Position numbers and translations under genes: made by a program
Notes under the pieces: generated by a model
Databases searched by the model: none
What the model was told of the DNA's origin: nothing
Seen by the model: only the letters and a program-made list of their open reading frames with translations
NCBI GenBank assembly: GCA_963674865.2
Contig: CAXXYE010000004.1
Span: forward strand, 32,001-96,000
Direction: 5' to 3'
DNA: 64,000 nt
Source of the DNA: Candidatus Hydrogenedentota bacterium
Lineage (GTDB): Bacteria > Hydrogenedentota > Hydrogenedentia > Hydrogenedentales > SLHB01
In this document: one piece after another, positions 28,855 through 38,714 of the stretch
Position numbering within the stretch: position 1 is the first letter of the stretch
Layout: every line of letters begins with the position of its first letter

Positions 28855-30060
28855 GTGGACGCGAATTTGCAGGTGATCCTTCAGCAATTGGAGGCGGAGA
28901 AGAGTATCGACCGGGAGACCTTGATCCAGGCGATCGAGGCCGCAATCGAGAGTGCTGCAAAGAAGAGTATGACCCACGCCGCCAACGTCACGGTGGAGGT
29001 GGATCCGGGGACGCTGGAGTTCAGAGTCTTCGAGATTCGGACTGTGGTAGAGAAGATTGAAGACCCCGCCGGCGAGATCCGCCTCGACGAAGCCAAGGCG
29101 CTCAATCCTGAGGCTACTCTGGGGGATCGGTTGAAGATGCGCACAGAGCCCAAGGACTTTGGGCGGATAGCGGCGCAGACGGCCAAGCAGGTCATTATCC
29201 AGAAGATCAAGGACGCCGAACGAGACAATATCTACGACGAGTTCAAGACGCGCGAGGGGGAGGTCATTTACCGGTCTTGTCAAGCGGCTTTCTCACGGCA
29301 ACGTCATCCTATCCATCGGGAAGGCCGAGGCGATTATCCCGGTGCGGGAGCAGTCGCCGCGGGAAAACTTCAAGCCCGGCGACCGCCTCCGGGCATATCT
29401 GTTGGAAGTCGAGAAGGCCTCCCGTGGTCCGCAGGTTATTCTCTCCCGAACCGTGCCGGAGTTGGTGCGGGCGCTCTTCGAGCTTGAAGTGCCGGAGATT
29501 TTTGACGGAACCGTCGAGATCAAGGCCGTGGCACGCGAGCCGGGGAGCCGGACCAAGGTGGCCGTTCGCTCGAACGACTCGAATGTCGATCGGTGGGTGC
29601 ATGTGTCGGCATGAAAGGTTCGCGCGTGCGCACCGTCGTCGAAGAATTGTCGGGCGAGAAGATCGATATCGTCCGATGGAGCGATAATCCCGTCGAGTTT
29701 TGCGGCAATGCCTTGAATCCGGCGGATATTCTTGACATAACAGTGGACGAGGCCAGTCAAGTCATCCTGGTGGTTGTTCCGCACGACCAGCTCTCTCTCG
29801 CTATCGGAAAGCGCGGGCAGAATGCTCGGTTAGCCTCGCGGCTGATCGGCTGGAACATCGACATCCGGAGTGACCTCGAGCTTCGGGGGGAAGTACCGGA
29901 AGAAGGCGCTGCGGAAGGCGCTGCGGGCGAGTCGGAAGTGTTGCAGGCGGAGCAGGAAGACACGGATGGCGCGGCCGCGGCTGACGATGCGAGTGCGTCC
30001 CCCGACACGGAGACCCCGCCACGGCAAGAGCACGAGGATACTACGGGCACCGGCACGTGA
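28855..30060 (+). pseudogene. nusA: Transcription factor NusA interrupted by two single-base indels (probable assembly errors)
   Basis: [50 protein letters not shown]; extra T in 29267-29269 and missing C at 29591. Confidence 0.9.
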
Positions 30061-30107
30061 CGTGCGCGGCATCAACGCAATAGCATCAGGTTCGGAGGTG
30101 GTAGTAG

Positions 30108-32945
30108 ATGCAGACGATTGCCAGTCTGGCTGAACGACTCGACATGACCGCGGAGGAAGCGGTAGAGAAGCTACGCTTCATGATGTTCGAGATCGAAGGC
30201 GTCGACTCGGTCATTTCGGACGATGAGATTGACCTGCTGATTGACGTGGATGACGATCCGTCCGTAGCCGAGCGCACCCGGGAAGCCAAGCTGAAAGAGA
30301 TTGAGAAGGCCAAGAAGCGCACGGAACGACTGAAGCAGGCCGCCAAGAAGGCCGCCGCGAAGCGGAAGGCCGCCGCCGCCAAGAAGAAGGCATCCGCCAG
30401 TAAGGCGAAGGCCAAGACCAAGGCCAAAGCCAAAGCCAAAGCAAAGACGAAAGCTAAGGCTAAGGTTGAGGGGAGCGCCGAGGAGCCAGAGGCTGCGGAG
30501 GCCGAAGAGGCCAAGGCCGAACTTCTGGTTGAGGCCTCTGGCGAACCTGAAGAAGCTGCCGTGATTGAGGCCGTCGAGGAGCCAAAAACGGCAGCTAAGC
30601 CCGCCAAGAAGCCGAAAGCGGAAATTTTGCCCCCGAAGCCTCCCGAGGAAGAGGCGGAGGCCGAAGAAGGAGAGGGGCCGGGCTTCACTATCGGGCACGC
30701 AATCGAGCATGACGCGCACTCGGTGGAAGTGGTCCGTGCGGATGGCACTCATCTCACTAACGTGCCTGAAGTGGAGATTCCCGAATCAGAGGCCGCTGAC
30801 GAGGTCGTTGAAGAAGAGGAAGAGGAGCACGGGCTCCTGGCGGAAGCAGAGCGGCGCCAGGAAGAGGAGGAACGTCGCAAGGCTAAGGTCGCTGCCGCTC
30901 GTCCTCTCCCGAAGCCCGATCCCGCGGTGGTGGCCGAAGTCATTCGCCGCGCGTCTGAACGGGCAAGAAAGGCCCAAGCCGCTCCCCGTGGCGCGGTGGG
31001 CAAAACGGGCAAAACCGCCCGAAAACGGCAGAAGAAGGCGGAAAAGGTCCGCCAGGAGCAGGAAATGCGAAAGCAGGCGGCCGCAGCCGTCCGCTCTTTC
31101 CAGGCGGATGGATCGCCTGGACTTGGAGCCAAGCGGCGTAAGAGGCGGCGACGGGATGATGATAGTGCCGCCATCGCTGAGGACTTCGTTCAGCCTAAGG
31201 TCATTGAGGTCGAAGAGAGCATGACCGTCGAGGAACTTGCCGGCGCCATGGAGATGGGCGTCAACGATCTTATTCTCGAGTTGATGGAGTTCGACATCCT
31301 GGCCTCTAAGAATCAGACGTTAGATATCGAGATGATCCGCAAGATCACGGAGGACACGGAGTTCGAGATCCGCGCGGTCATTCCGCAGGAGGCTGAACTC
31401 TATGCCGAGGAGCCGGACGACCCCGCCGAACTCTTGCCCCGCGCACCCGTTGTCACGGTGATGGGCCATGTCGATCATGGAAAGACCACACTCCTCGACC
31501 GCGTCCGCAGTGCCCATGTAGCGGAGGGCGAGGCCGGCGGCATTACGCAGCATATCGCGGCCTACGAGGCAAGAGTGGGTGATGGCCGCGTCGTGTTCCT
31601 TGACACGCCGGGCCATGAAGCCTTCACGCAGATGCGCGCCCGTGGCGCCAGCGTTACCGACGTTGTGGTACTTGTTGTGGCGGCCGACGATGGCGTCATG
31701 CCGCAGACGCTGGAGGCCATCGATCACGCCAAGGCCGCGGAAGTGCCGATTGTCGTGGCCGTCAACAAATGCGATAAGCCGGATGCTCAGCCCGACCGGA
31801 TTCGGCAGGAACTCGCCCAGCACGATCTTCTAGACGAGAAGTGGGGCGGTAAGACCGTCATGAGGGACATCTCGGCGAAGATGGGCGAGGGCGTCGACGA
31901 GTTGATGGAACTGCTTGTCCTCGAGACGGAGATGCTCGAACTCAAGGCCAGTCCGAACAAGCGGGCGCGGGGGGCCGTGCTCGAAGCAGAGTTGAACCGA
32001 AGCATGGGGCCTGTGGCCTGGTTATTGGTTCAGGCGGGCACGCTTCACGTTGGTGACGTTGTTCTTGCCGGTTCCGCTTACGGGCGCGTGCGCGCCATGC
32101 AGAACTCGCGCGGCGACAACGTCGAAGAGGCTGGCCCCGCGACTCCCGTCGCCGTAACGGGCCTTAATTCACTGCCCGATGCCGGCGATGTGTTCGTAGC
32201 TGTGCCTGACGAGCGCGTGGCCCGGGCGGTTGCGACGCAGCGTGAGCAATTGGCACGGCGCAAGCAGGGCCCGGCTGTGCGCCACATCACTCTAGAAGAC
32301 TTTCACGAGCGCATGCTGGCCGGTGAGAAGCGCGAGCTTAACGTGGTTCTCAAGGCTGATGTTCAGGGCTCCGTGGACGTACTCGAGTCCAGCCTGGCGA
32401 AGGTAGGCAACGAGGAAGTTCATGTATCGCTGGTTCATACCGGCGTGGGGAGTATCAACGAATCCGACGTGCTCCTGGCCAGTGCGAGCGATGCCGTGGT
32501 GATAGGTTTCCACGTGACGGCCAATGCGAAGGTCCAGAAAATGGCCGAGCAGGAAGGCGTGGACATTCACACCTACCGGGTCATCTACGAGGCGATTGAA
32601 GATGTTCGCAAGGCGCTCGAGGGGTTGTTGGCCCCCGAGAAGCGGGAGGTCGTCACCGGCCATGTAGAAATCCGCGAGGTCTTCCGCTCCTCTGCCCTCG
32701 GAAACATTGCCGGGTGTTACGTCCAGGATGGCGAAGTCAATCGTGCGTCGCTCATTCGGGTGGTGCGTGACGGTGTCGTGGTATACGAAGGCAAGATTCA
32801 GTCCTTGCGGCGCGGCAGAGAAGATGTCCGTGACGTTCAGTCCGGCTTTGAATGCGGCATCAAGGTCGAGAAGTTCGAGGATATCAAGGTGGGCGACATA
32901 CTCGAAGCCTACCGGGTGGACTCGGTTGCGAAGACATTGGCCTAG
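30108..32945 (+). CDS. infB: Translation initiation factor IF-2
   Basis: [34 protein letters not shown]. Confidence 0.97.
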   Translation: MQTIASLAERLDMTAEEAVEKLRFMMFEIEGVDSVISDDEIDLLIDVDDDPSVAERTREAKLKEIEKAKKRTERLKQAAKKAAAKRKAAAAKKKASASKAKAKTKAKAKAKAKTKAKAKVEGSAEEPEAAEAEEAKAELLVEASGEPEEAAVIEAVEEPKTAAKPAKKPKAEILPPKPPEEEAEAEEGEGPGFTIGHAIEHDAHSVEVVRADGTHLTNVPEVEIPESEAADEVVEEEEEEHGLLAEAERRQEEEERRKAKVAAARPLPKPDPAVVAEVIRRASERARKAQAAPRGAVGKTGKTARKRQKKAEKVRQEQEMRKQAAAAVRSFQADGSPGLGAKRRKRRRRDDDSAAIAEDFVQPKVIEVEESMTVEELAGAMEMGVNDLILELMEFDILASKNQTLDIEMIRKITEDTEFEIRAVIPQEAELYAEEPDDPAELLPRAPVVTVMGHVDHGKTTLLDRVRSAHVAEGEAGGITQHIAAYEARVGDGRVVFLDTPGHEAFTQMRARGASVTDVVVLVVAADDGVMPQTLEAIDHAKAAEVPIVVAVNKCDKPDAQPDRIRQELAQHDLLDEKWGGKTVMRDISAKMGEGVDELMELLVLETEMLELKASPNKRARGAVLEAELNRSMGPVAWLLVQAGTLHVGDVVLAGSAYGRVRAMQNSRGDNVEEAGPATPVAVTGLNSLPDAGDVFVAVPDERVARAVATQREQLARRKQGPAVRHITLEDFHERMLAGEKRELNVVLKADVQGSVDVLESSLAKVGNEEVHVSLVHTGVGSINESDVLLASASDAVVIGFHVTANAKVQKMAEQEGVDIHTYRVIYEAIEDVRKALEGLLAPEKREVVTGHVEIREVFRSSALGNIAGCYVQDGEVNRASLIRVVRDGVVVYEGKIQSLRRGREDVRDVQSGFECGIKVEKFEDIKVGDILEAYRVDSVAKTLA

Positions 32946-33073
32946 CGGCCAATCGAGCGGCGAATGGCCGGGTTTTGCGATCGCTAGCTTTGGTACAGAG
33001 AGATTTCCTAGCGCCCTCCGGACGTGTTCCCGCCCCAGGTCGGGCCGTCAGGCCGCACTGCTAGGGTGGTTTC

Positions 33074-33355
33074 GTGACAATTGGCGTGCTTGAGTTTGAA
33101 TTGCTCATTCCCGGAGCGAGGGCTCTGAAGGATAAGCGCCGGGCGCTGAAGAGCCTCAAGCAGTTGCTGCACAACCGCTTCAATTGCTCCGTCGCCGAGA
33201 CGGGCCACAAAGACCTATGGGGCCGGGCAGAGCTGGTCGTATGTGTTGTTTCAGACGACAGTAGGCACGTCAATTCCCAGCTCGACGCCGTGGTGCGGTT
33301 TGTATCGGGCAAGCACGATGTCGAGATCCTCGACTATGGAATTGAGATGTTATGA
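33074..33355 (+). CDS. DUF503 (YlxP) family protein
   Basis: LKDKR..LKSL...FNCSVAE; typical position between infB and rbfA. Confidence 0.9.
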   Translation: MTIGVLEFELLIPGARALKDKRRALKSLKQLLHNRFNCSVAETGHKDLWGRAELVVCVVSDDSRHVNSQLDAVVRFVSGKHDVEILDYGIEML

Positions 33356-33708
33356 CGCGAAAGAACAGACCTAAACGGGTCGGGGAACTCGTCCGGGAAG
33401 AGATTGCAGGCCTGTTGATGAAGGGCCTGAAAGATCCGCGGATCGGTTTTGTCTCGGTTATGGACGTCCAGATGTCGCGCGATCTACGCGTGGCGAGCGT
33501 GTACGTGAGTCTCTACGGTTCCGAGGCAGAGAAGAAGAGTTCTCTCGTCGGGTTGCGTCATTCGGCCGCTTGGCTTCGGCGCGAGGTGGGGCAGCGGCTC
33601 GCTCTCCGTTTTGCTCCGGAGATCCGGTTTTTTGAGGACAAGACGCTCGATCGGGTGTTTCACCTCGATGAGGTCTTCCGCCGTATGCATGATGAGGAAG
33701 AGGAATAG
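33352..33708 (+). CDS. rbfA: Ribosome-binding factor A
   Basis: RPKRVGE, LKDPRIG, LRFAPEIRF. Confidence 0.95.
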   Translation: MTRKNRPKRVGELVREEIAGLLMKGLKDPRIGFVSVMDVQMSRDLRVASVYVSLYGSEAEKKSSLVGLRHSAAWLRREVGQRLALRFAPEIRFFEDKTLDRVFHLDEVFRRMHDEEEE

Positions 33709-33712
33709 GGCG

Positions 33713-34693
33713 ATGGCGTCTATCGACCTTGCCGGGATCGCGGCGATATGCCGCGATGCGGATTCTTTTCTTCTGACGACCCATGTGGCTGCGGACGGTG
33801 ATGCCCTCGGGAGCATGCTGGCGGTCTATCACCTGCTGAAGGGCCTTGGGAAGCGCCGTGTGGCCTGCGCCATCGAGGGGCCTGTGCCGCGTATTTACCA
33901 GTGGCTTCCTGGCGTCAAGCAGGTGCGGGAATCCTCCGAAGGCGATACTGGACAAGAAGTTGTGATTGTGGTTGATGTGTCCCGCCGCGACCGGCTTGGT
34001 GCGGCGGCCGACCTGATAAGCCCGGACGCCAAGGTGGTCGTCATCGACCATCATCTGGACGATGATCCCTTCGGCGATTTCACCTTCATTGACCCTTCAT
34101 ACGCGGCTGTGGGAGAGATTATCGTCGAGCTTTTTGATGCGGTGAAGAAGCCGCTGTGTCGTGACGCCGCGACGTGTGCTTATGTAGCCCTGGCGACCGA
34201 TACCGGGGGATTTCGCTTCTCAAATACGAGCGCGCGTTCCCATCGCATCGCCGCCCGACTGGTAGACGCGGGCATTGACGTGCGGAATATCTCGTCCCGT
34301 GTGTTCGACGCCATGTCAATGGCCAAGTTCCGTCTCATGATGCGCGTCTTGGAGAAGGTTCATTTTTGCTACGACGGCCATGTAGCCGTTGTGGAGTTGA
34401 CGGAGCAGGATCTGCGCGATACCGGCGCCGAAGAGGAAGACACCGATGGGCTTATCAACTTGGCCCGGAATGTTGAAGGAGTAGAAGTGGCGATTCTTTT
34501 CCGCGAAGTCGACGCGGCGACGACCAAGATCAGTTTTCGTTCCAAGCAGACGTTCAACTCGGCGGATTTCCTCCGCCAATTCGGTGGCGGGGGCCACGCC
34601 GCCGCCGCCGGCGCGACCCTTCCCAGACCTTTGGCGGAGGCGCGCGAGGCCATACTGCAGCGGGTCGGTGCGTTGGTGGGAGGCAAGACGTGA
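33713..34693 (+). CDS. nrnA: DHH/DHHA1 nanoRNase / pAp phosphatase
   Basis: DGDALGS, IDHH, TDTGGFRF, GGGHAAAAG. Confidence 0.92.
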   Translation: MASIDLAGIAAICRDADSFLLTTHVAADGDALGSMLAVYHLLKGLGKRRVACAIEGPVPRIYQWLPGVKQVRESSEGDTGQEVVIVVDVSRRDRLGAAADLISPDAKVVVIDHHLDDDPFGDFTFIDPSYAAVGEIIVELFDAVKKPLCRDAATCAYVALATDTGGFRFSNTSARSHRIAARLVDAGIDVRNISSRVFDAMSMAKFRLMMRVLEKVHFCYDGHVAVVELTEQDLRDTGAEEEDTDGLINLARNVEGVEVAILFREVDAATTKISFRSKQTFNSADFLRQFGGGGHAAAAGATLPRPLAEAREAILQRVGALVGGKT

Positions 34694-35586
34694 AAGGGAT
34701 TCTGCTTGTCGACAAACCCTCCGGCCTGACCTCGCACGATGTTGTCGACCGGGTGCGCCGGGCCGCGCACACACGCCGCGTCGGACACACTGGCACGCTC
34801 GACCCTGCCGCCACCGGACTCTTGGTGTTATGCCTGGGGGCGGCGACCCGGTTGTCGCAGGTGCTCACCGCTATGGACAAAGTCTACGAAGGCTCGATGC
34901 GCCTGGGCGTCGTGACGGATTCGCACGATATGGATGGCAAGGTTCTGGCAGAGAGCCCCGTACCCGACCTGACCGCCGACGTCCTTGAGGCGGCCTTGGC
35001 GAAGTACACCGGCTCCCTGCTCCAAGTGCCGCCGATGGTTAGTGCTGTAAAGATTGATGGGGAAAGACTTTACAAGAAGGCGCGGAAGGGCGAGACCGTT
35101 GAGAGAGCGCCCCGGCCTGTGACTGTCCACGAGTTCGCCTTACTTGGATACGAACCCCCGGAGGCTCGGTTCCGGGTGCGTTGTACGCGAGGCACCTATG
35201 TGCGGACGCTTTGCCATGACGTTGGGCAAGACCTCGGATGTGGGGCGACGCTCGCACTGCTACGCCGGACGTGGGTCGGCCATCACAGTGTTGAGCAGGC
35301 CACGCCGCTGGATGCGCTCCAAACGCCCGACGACGTGCAGGCCCACCTGGTACCCATGGGGGAGGCTCTCGACCTGCCGGCGGTGATCGTTCGCGAAGCG
35401 AGCCGAGGGGCGGTGGCATCAGGAGGGCCATTGGCCCGGAAGGACTTGAAGGCCACGTGTTCGACCTGCGACGGGTGGATTCAGATCAAGGCTGAATCAG
35501 GGGAGCTGCTAGCTCTGGGCCAAGTCGAATCGGGCCCGCTCGGTCTTTTCATCCAACCCAAGCGGGTGTTCTGCGGGCGGCCATGA
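34690..35586 (+). CDS. truB: tRNA pseudouridine(55) synthase
   Basis: DKPSGLTSHDVV, GHTGTLDP, GTYVRTL. Confidence 0.96.
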   Translation: MKGILLVDKPSGLTSHDVVDRVRRAAHTRRVGHTGTLDPAATGLLVLCLGAATRLSQVLTAMDKVYEGSMRLGVVTDSHDMDGKVLAESPVPDLTADVLEAALAKYTGSLLQVPPMVSAVKIDGERLYKKARKGETVERAPRPVTVHEFALLGYEPPEARFRVRCTRGTYVRTLCHDVGQDLGCGATLALLRRTWVGHHSVEQATPLDALQTPDDVQAHLVPMGEALDLPAVIVREASRGAVASGGPLARKDLKATCSTCDGWIQIKAESGELLALGQVESGPLGLFIQPKRVFCGRP

Positions 35587-36515
35587 GGGTCGTCGAGGAT
35601 GTCAGCCAGGTAAATTCCTCCTTCCCCCACCTTGTCCTCACCATAGGCAGTTTCGACGGCGTCCACCTCGGGCATCGGCGTATTCTCGACGAGGTTACGA
35701 GATCGGCCCGGACGGCCGGGGGCTCGGCTGCTGTGCTTACCTTGCGGCCGCACCCTCGGCAGGTATTTTCGCCGGACCACGCGCCCAATCTACTCACTTC
35801 CGAGTCTCACAAGTTGCGTCTCATCGAGGAAGCGGGCATGGATGTCGTGTTTTTTCTCCCTTTTGGCGGAGAGGTGGCCGGCATGAATCGGATGGACTTC
35901 CTGCGGTGCATCATTCTTGAGCATTGCGGCGCCAGGGAGGTGGTTGTTGGGCACGATTTCCGCTTTGGTAAGGATGCATCGGGCGATTATCATTTCCTCT
36001 GCGCCCAGAGTGCGCAATGCGGGCTGGTGGTGCGACAGGTTCCGCCTCTCTTCATAGATGGCGAACGCGTGAGCAGTACGCTCATACGGGAGCAGATTCT
36101 GCAAGGCGACCTCGAGCGTGCCGGAGCCTTCCTAGGGCGGAGATTCTCGATGGTGGGCGTCGTCACGCCCGGACGCGGGATCGGCGCGCAACTCGGATTT
36201 CCGACGGCGAACATCCGGCCGGGAGACCTCGTTACTCCGGCGCAAGGCGTCTACGTGGCCGAAGTCCGCGTCGGCCCCAGGCGCTATAAGGCCGCCGTCA
36301 ACATTGGCGTTGCGCCGACCATTCGTCATGAAGATACTATTCTCGAGGCGCACCTCCTCGGTTTCTCCGGCAACCTGGAGGGGCAGGAGATCGAGGTTGT
36401 GTTTCTGAAGCGGCTGCGACCAGAGAAAAAGTTCCCCTCTCACGATGCATTGATGGAGCAGATTGGACGGGACATTGAGGCGGTACGGACTCATTTCGCC
36501 GAGACGGCTGAATAG
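35583..36515 (+). CDS. ribF: Bifunctional riboflavin kinase/FAD synthetase
   Basis: FDGVHLGH, VGHDFRFG, VSSTLIR, LGFPTAN, EAHL. Confidence 0.96.
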   Translation: MRVVEDVSQVNSSFPHLVLTIGSFDGVHLGHRRILDEVTRSARTAGGSAAVLTLRPHPRQVFSPDHAPNLLTSESHKLRLIEEAGMDVVFFLPFGGEVAGMNRMDFLRCIILEHCGAREVVVGHDFRFGKDASGDYHFLCAQSAQCGLVVRQVPPLFIDGERVSSTLIREQILQGDLERAGAFLGRRFSMVGVVTPGRGIGAQLGFPTANIRPGDLVTPAQGVYVAEVRVGPRRYKAAVNIGVAPTIRHEDTILEAHLLGFSGNLEGQEIEVVFLKRLRPEKKFPSHDALMEQIGRDIEAVRTHFAETAE

Positions 36516-36839
36516 AGTTGCCTAGGCGGCTGTAGTTTGGGCGTATGACGCCCGGCACGACGCGTCCAGGGGCTCAAGTCTGAGTCACCTTACCGCGTCC
36601 GCCAACGTCTTATAATGGGTTCGTCTTTCTCTGCGAGATGGAGGCAATTGATCGCACGCCGCGAACTTGCTCATGTGTAATGAGCAAAGTGCGATTACAT
36701 GCCGCAGCGGAGTATGCCGCGTCATCTCCGAGGCGACTTGGGACGTGTCTTAAGTAAGGAGGTCCCTGTTCCGAGGTCGGGGATCTCGTAGTATGGCCTG
36801 TGTCAGCCCTCAAGACGTAACCTGAAAGGATCTCCAACG

Positions 36840-38714
36840 GTGCCGAAACAAGGTTTGTCCGCTATAAGTAAGGCGGCTGTGGTCTGCGCCTTCGTGTGCC
36901 TCGTGTCCTGCTCGACAACCCATTACAAAGAATCCGCTGATCGCGAGGTCTACCGTCTCTTGGCCGCCAAGGGGGCGGCCGTGCCCGGCATGGAGGCCAA
37001 CTTCACCATCGAGGCTGCCGAGATTCAACTCGAAGGACTCCCGGTCATGGCCGAAGAGGCCACGGTTGAGTTCGGCGACGGTACAAGGGACAAGTTCCTC
37101 GGGGAGGCGGGGCAAGCCGAAGTCGGCGCCCACATCATCTCCTTGGCCAAATCCCTTGAGTTCGCCGTGAAGAATGGCCGTGAGTACCAGTCGAGGAAGG
37201 AATCGGTCTATCTCCAAGCCCTAGGCTTCACCGAGACCCGGCAGGATTACCGGCCGGTTTTCTCAGGCTCCGCCAGTGGCGCCCTTTCGGCGGAGGCTAC
37301 GGATGTCTCGAAGCAGACGGGAATGGCCCAGGCCGCTGAAGGGGCGCCGGAGCTCATTGCTGCTGTAGGGGAACTTGTGGGCACCCCGGCCGATCTACTG
37401 AGTAGCTACGCCAATCTCGTCGGCGCCACCGTTGCCGTCACGGGGATAGCGGAGCCCTACACCGCGATTCACCAGGAGCGAGATATCTCCGGCCGGACCA
37501 CCCTGGGCGTCAACATGCTGATGAGAACGGGCACCGAGATCGCCGTGGGGCTCACGTCGAACTTCCTGCGCTTCTTGACGGGGGATCCGAACGTAAGTAC
37601 CTCCTCGGCCCTCGTGGCAAGCATTCAGCAACCTCTTCTCGGGTCGAGCAGGCGCACCGCCGCCGAAACGCTGACGCAGGCTGAACGTGACTTGCTTTAT
37701 AGCCTTCGGTCGTTTGCCCGGTTTAGGCAGAGCTACGCCATTGATATCGCATCGGACTACTACCGCGTGTTGCAGTGGCGAGACCAGGTGCGAAACGCCT
37801 ACCTCGGATACCACGCCTTCAAGAAGAACCTCGAACGTTCCGAGGCGGAAGCGGAAGCCGGAAGGATTACGAAGACCGCTCTCGGGAGAACGAAGGAGGA
37901 GGAACTACGCTCCAGGAATACCTGGGTGACGGCGATCCAGTCGTACAAAGACAGTCTGGACGAGTTCAAGATTCGCCTCGGGCTCTCGACGGATGCCCAG
38001 GTGGTGTTGGATGACAAGGAACTCGAGCACCTGCGCGAGCTCGGCTTGATGTCGCCGCCGCCCTTCTCCCTTGAGGATGCAACTCAGGTGGCTTTTGCCG
38101 CCCGTCTGGATTACTACACGGAGCGCGACCAGCTTGATGATTCGGCCCGCAAGCTCGGCTTGGCGGCGGATGGGTTGATGCCGGATATTGACCTGGCTTT
38201 CGATGCCTTCGTCAACAGTCCGGACGGAGATCGCTTCCAGGAGCTGGACTTCAAGCGCTATGCGTGGGATTTGGGTTTGGACGTAAACCCGAAGCTTAAC
38301 CGCAAGCCATATCGCAATAACTACCGGAAGGCCTTGATCGGTTATGCGGCGACCCGCCGTGATTTCGAGGAGTATGAGGACAATATCAAGCTGGAATTGC
38401 GTCAGGCGTGGCGCGCCCTCGAGCAGGCGCGCGTCGCCTTCGAGATCCAGCAGAGCTCGGTGGCTGAGAGTGAGCGCCGTGTCCTTCAGGAGGAACTACT
38501 CTTTGAAGCCGGCCGCGGTGACGCACTCGACCAAATCGACGCGCAGAACGCCCTCAACAGCGCGCGAAATGGGCTTTCCGAGGAGCTTGTCAACCACACG
38601 ATTACGAATCTGCGCCTTTGGCGGGACATGGGCATTCTCTACATCAAGGAAGATGGCCAATGGGAGGACGTAACCGATGTCGAGCAGTACACCAAGCCGG
38701 AACCGTCCGCTTAG
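36840..38714 (+). CDS. TolC family outer-membrane efflux lipoprotein
   Basis: Lipobox LVSC, IQQPLL, YYRVLQ, two OEP-like repeats, LWRDMG. Confidence 0.82.
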   Translation: MPKQGLSAISKAAVVCAFVCLVSCSTTHYKESADREVYRLLAAKGAAVPGMEANFTIEAAEIQLEGLPVMAEEATVEFGDGTRDKFLGEAGQAEVGAHIISLAKSLEFAVKNGREYQSRKESVYLQALGFTETRQDYRPVFSGSASGALSAEATDVSKQTGMAQAAEGAPELIAAVGELVGTPADLLSSYANLVGATVAVTGIAEPYTAIHQERDISGRTTLGVNMLMRTGTEIAVGLTSNFLRFLTGDPNVSTSSALVASIQQPLLGSSRRTAAETLTQAERDLLYSLRSFARFRQSYAIDIASDYYRVLQWRDQVRNAYLGYHAFKKNLERSEAEAEAGRITKTALGRTKEEELRSRNTWVTAIQSYKDSLDEFKIRLGLSTDAQVVLDDKELEHLRELGLMSPPPFSLEDATQVAFAARLDYYTERDQLDDSARKLGLAADGLMPDIDLAFDAFVNSPDGDRFQELDFKRYAWDLGLDVNPKLNRKPYRNNYRKALIGYAATRRDFEEYEDNIKLELRQAWRALEQARVAFEIQQSSVAESERRVLQEELLFEAGRGDALDQIDAQNALNSARNGLSEELVNHTITNLRLWRDMGILYIKEDGQWEDVTDVEQYTKPEPSA

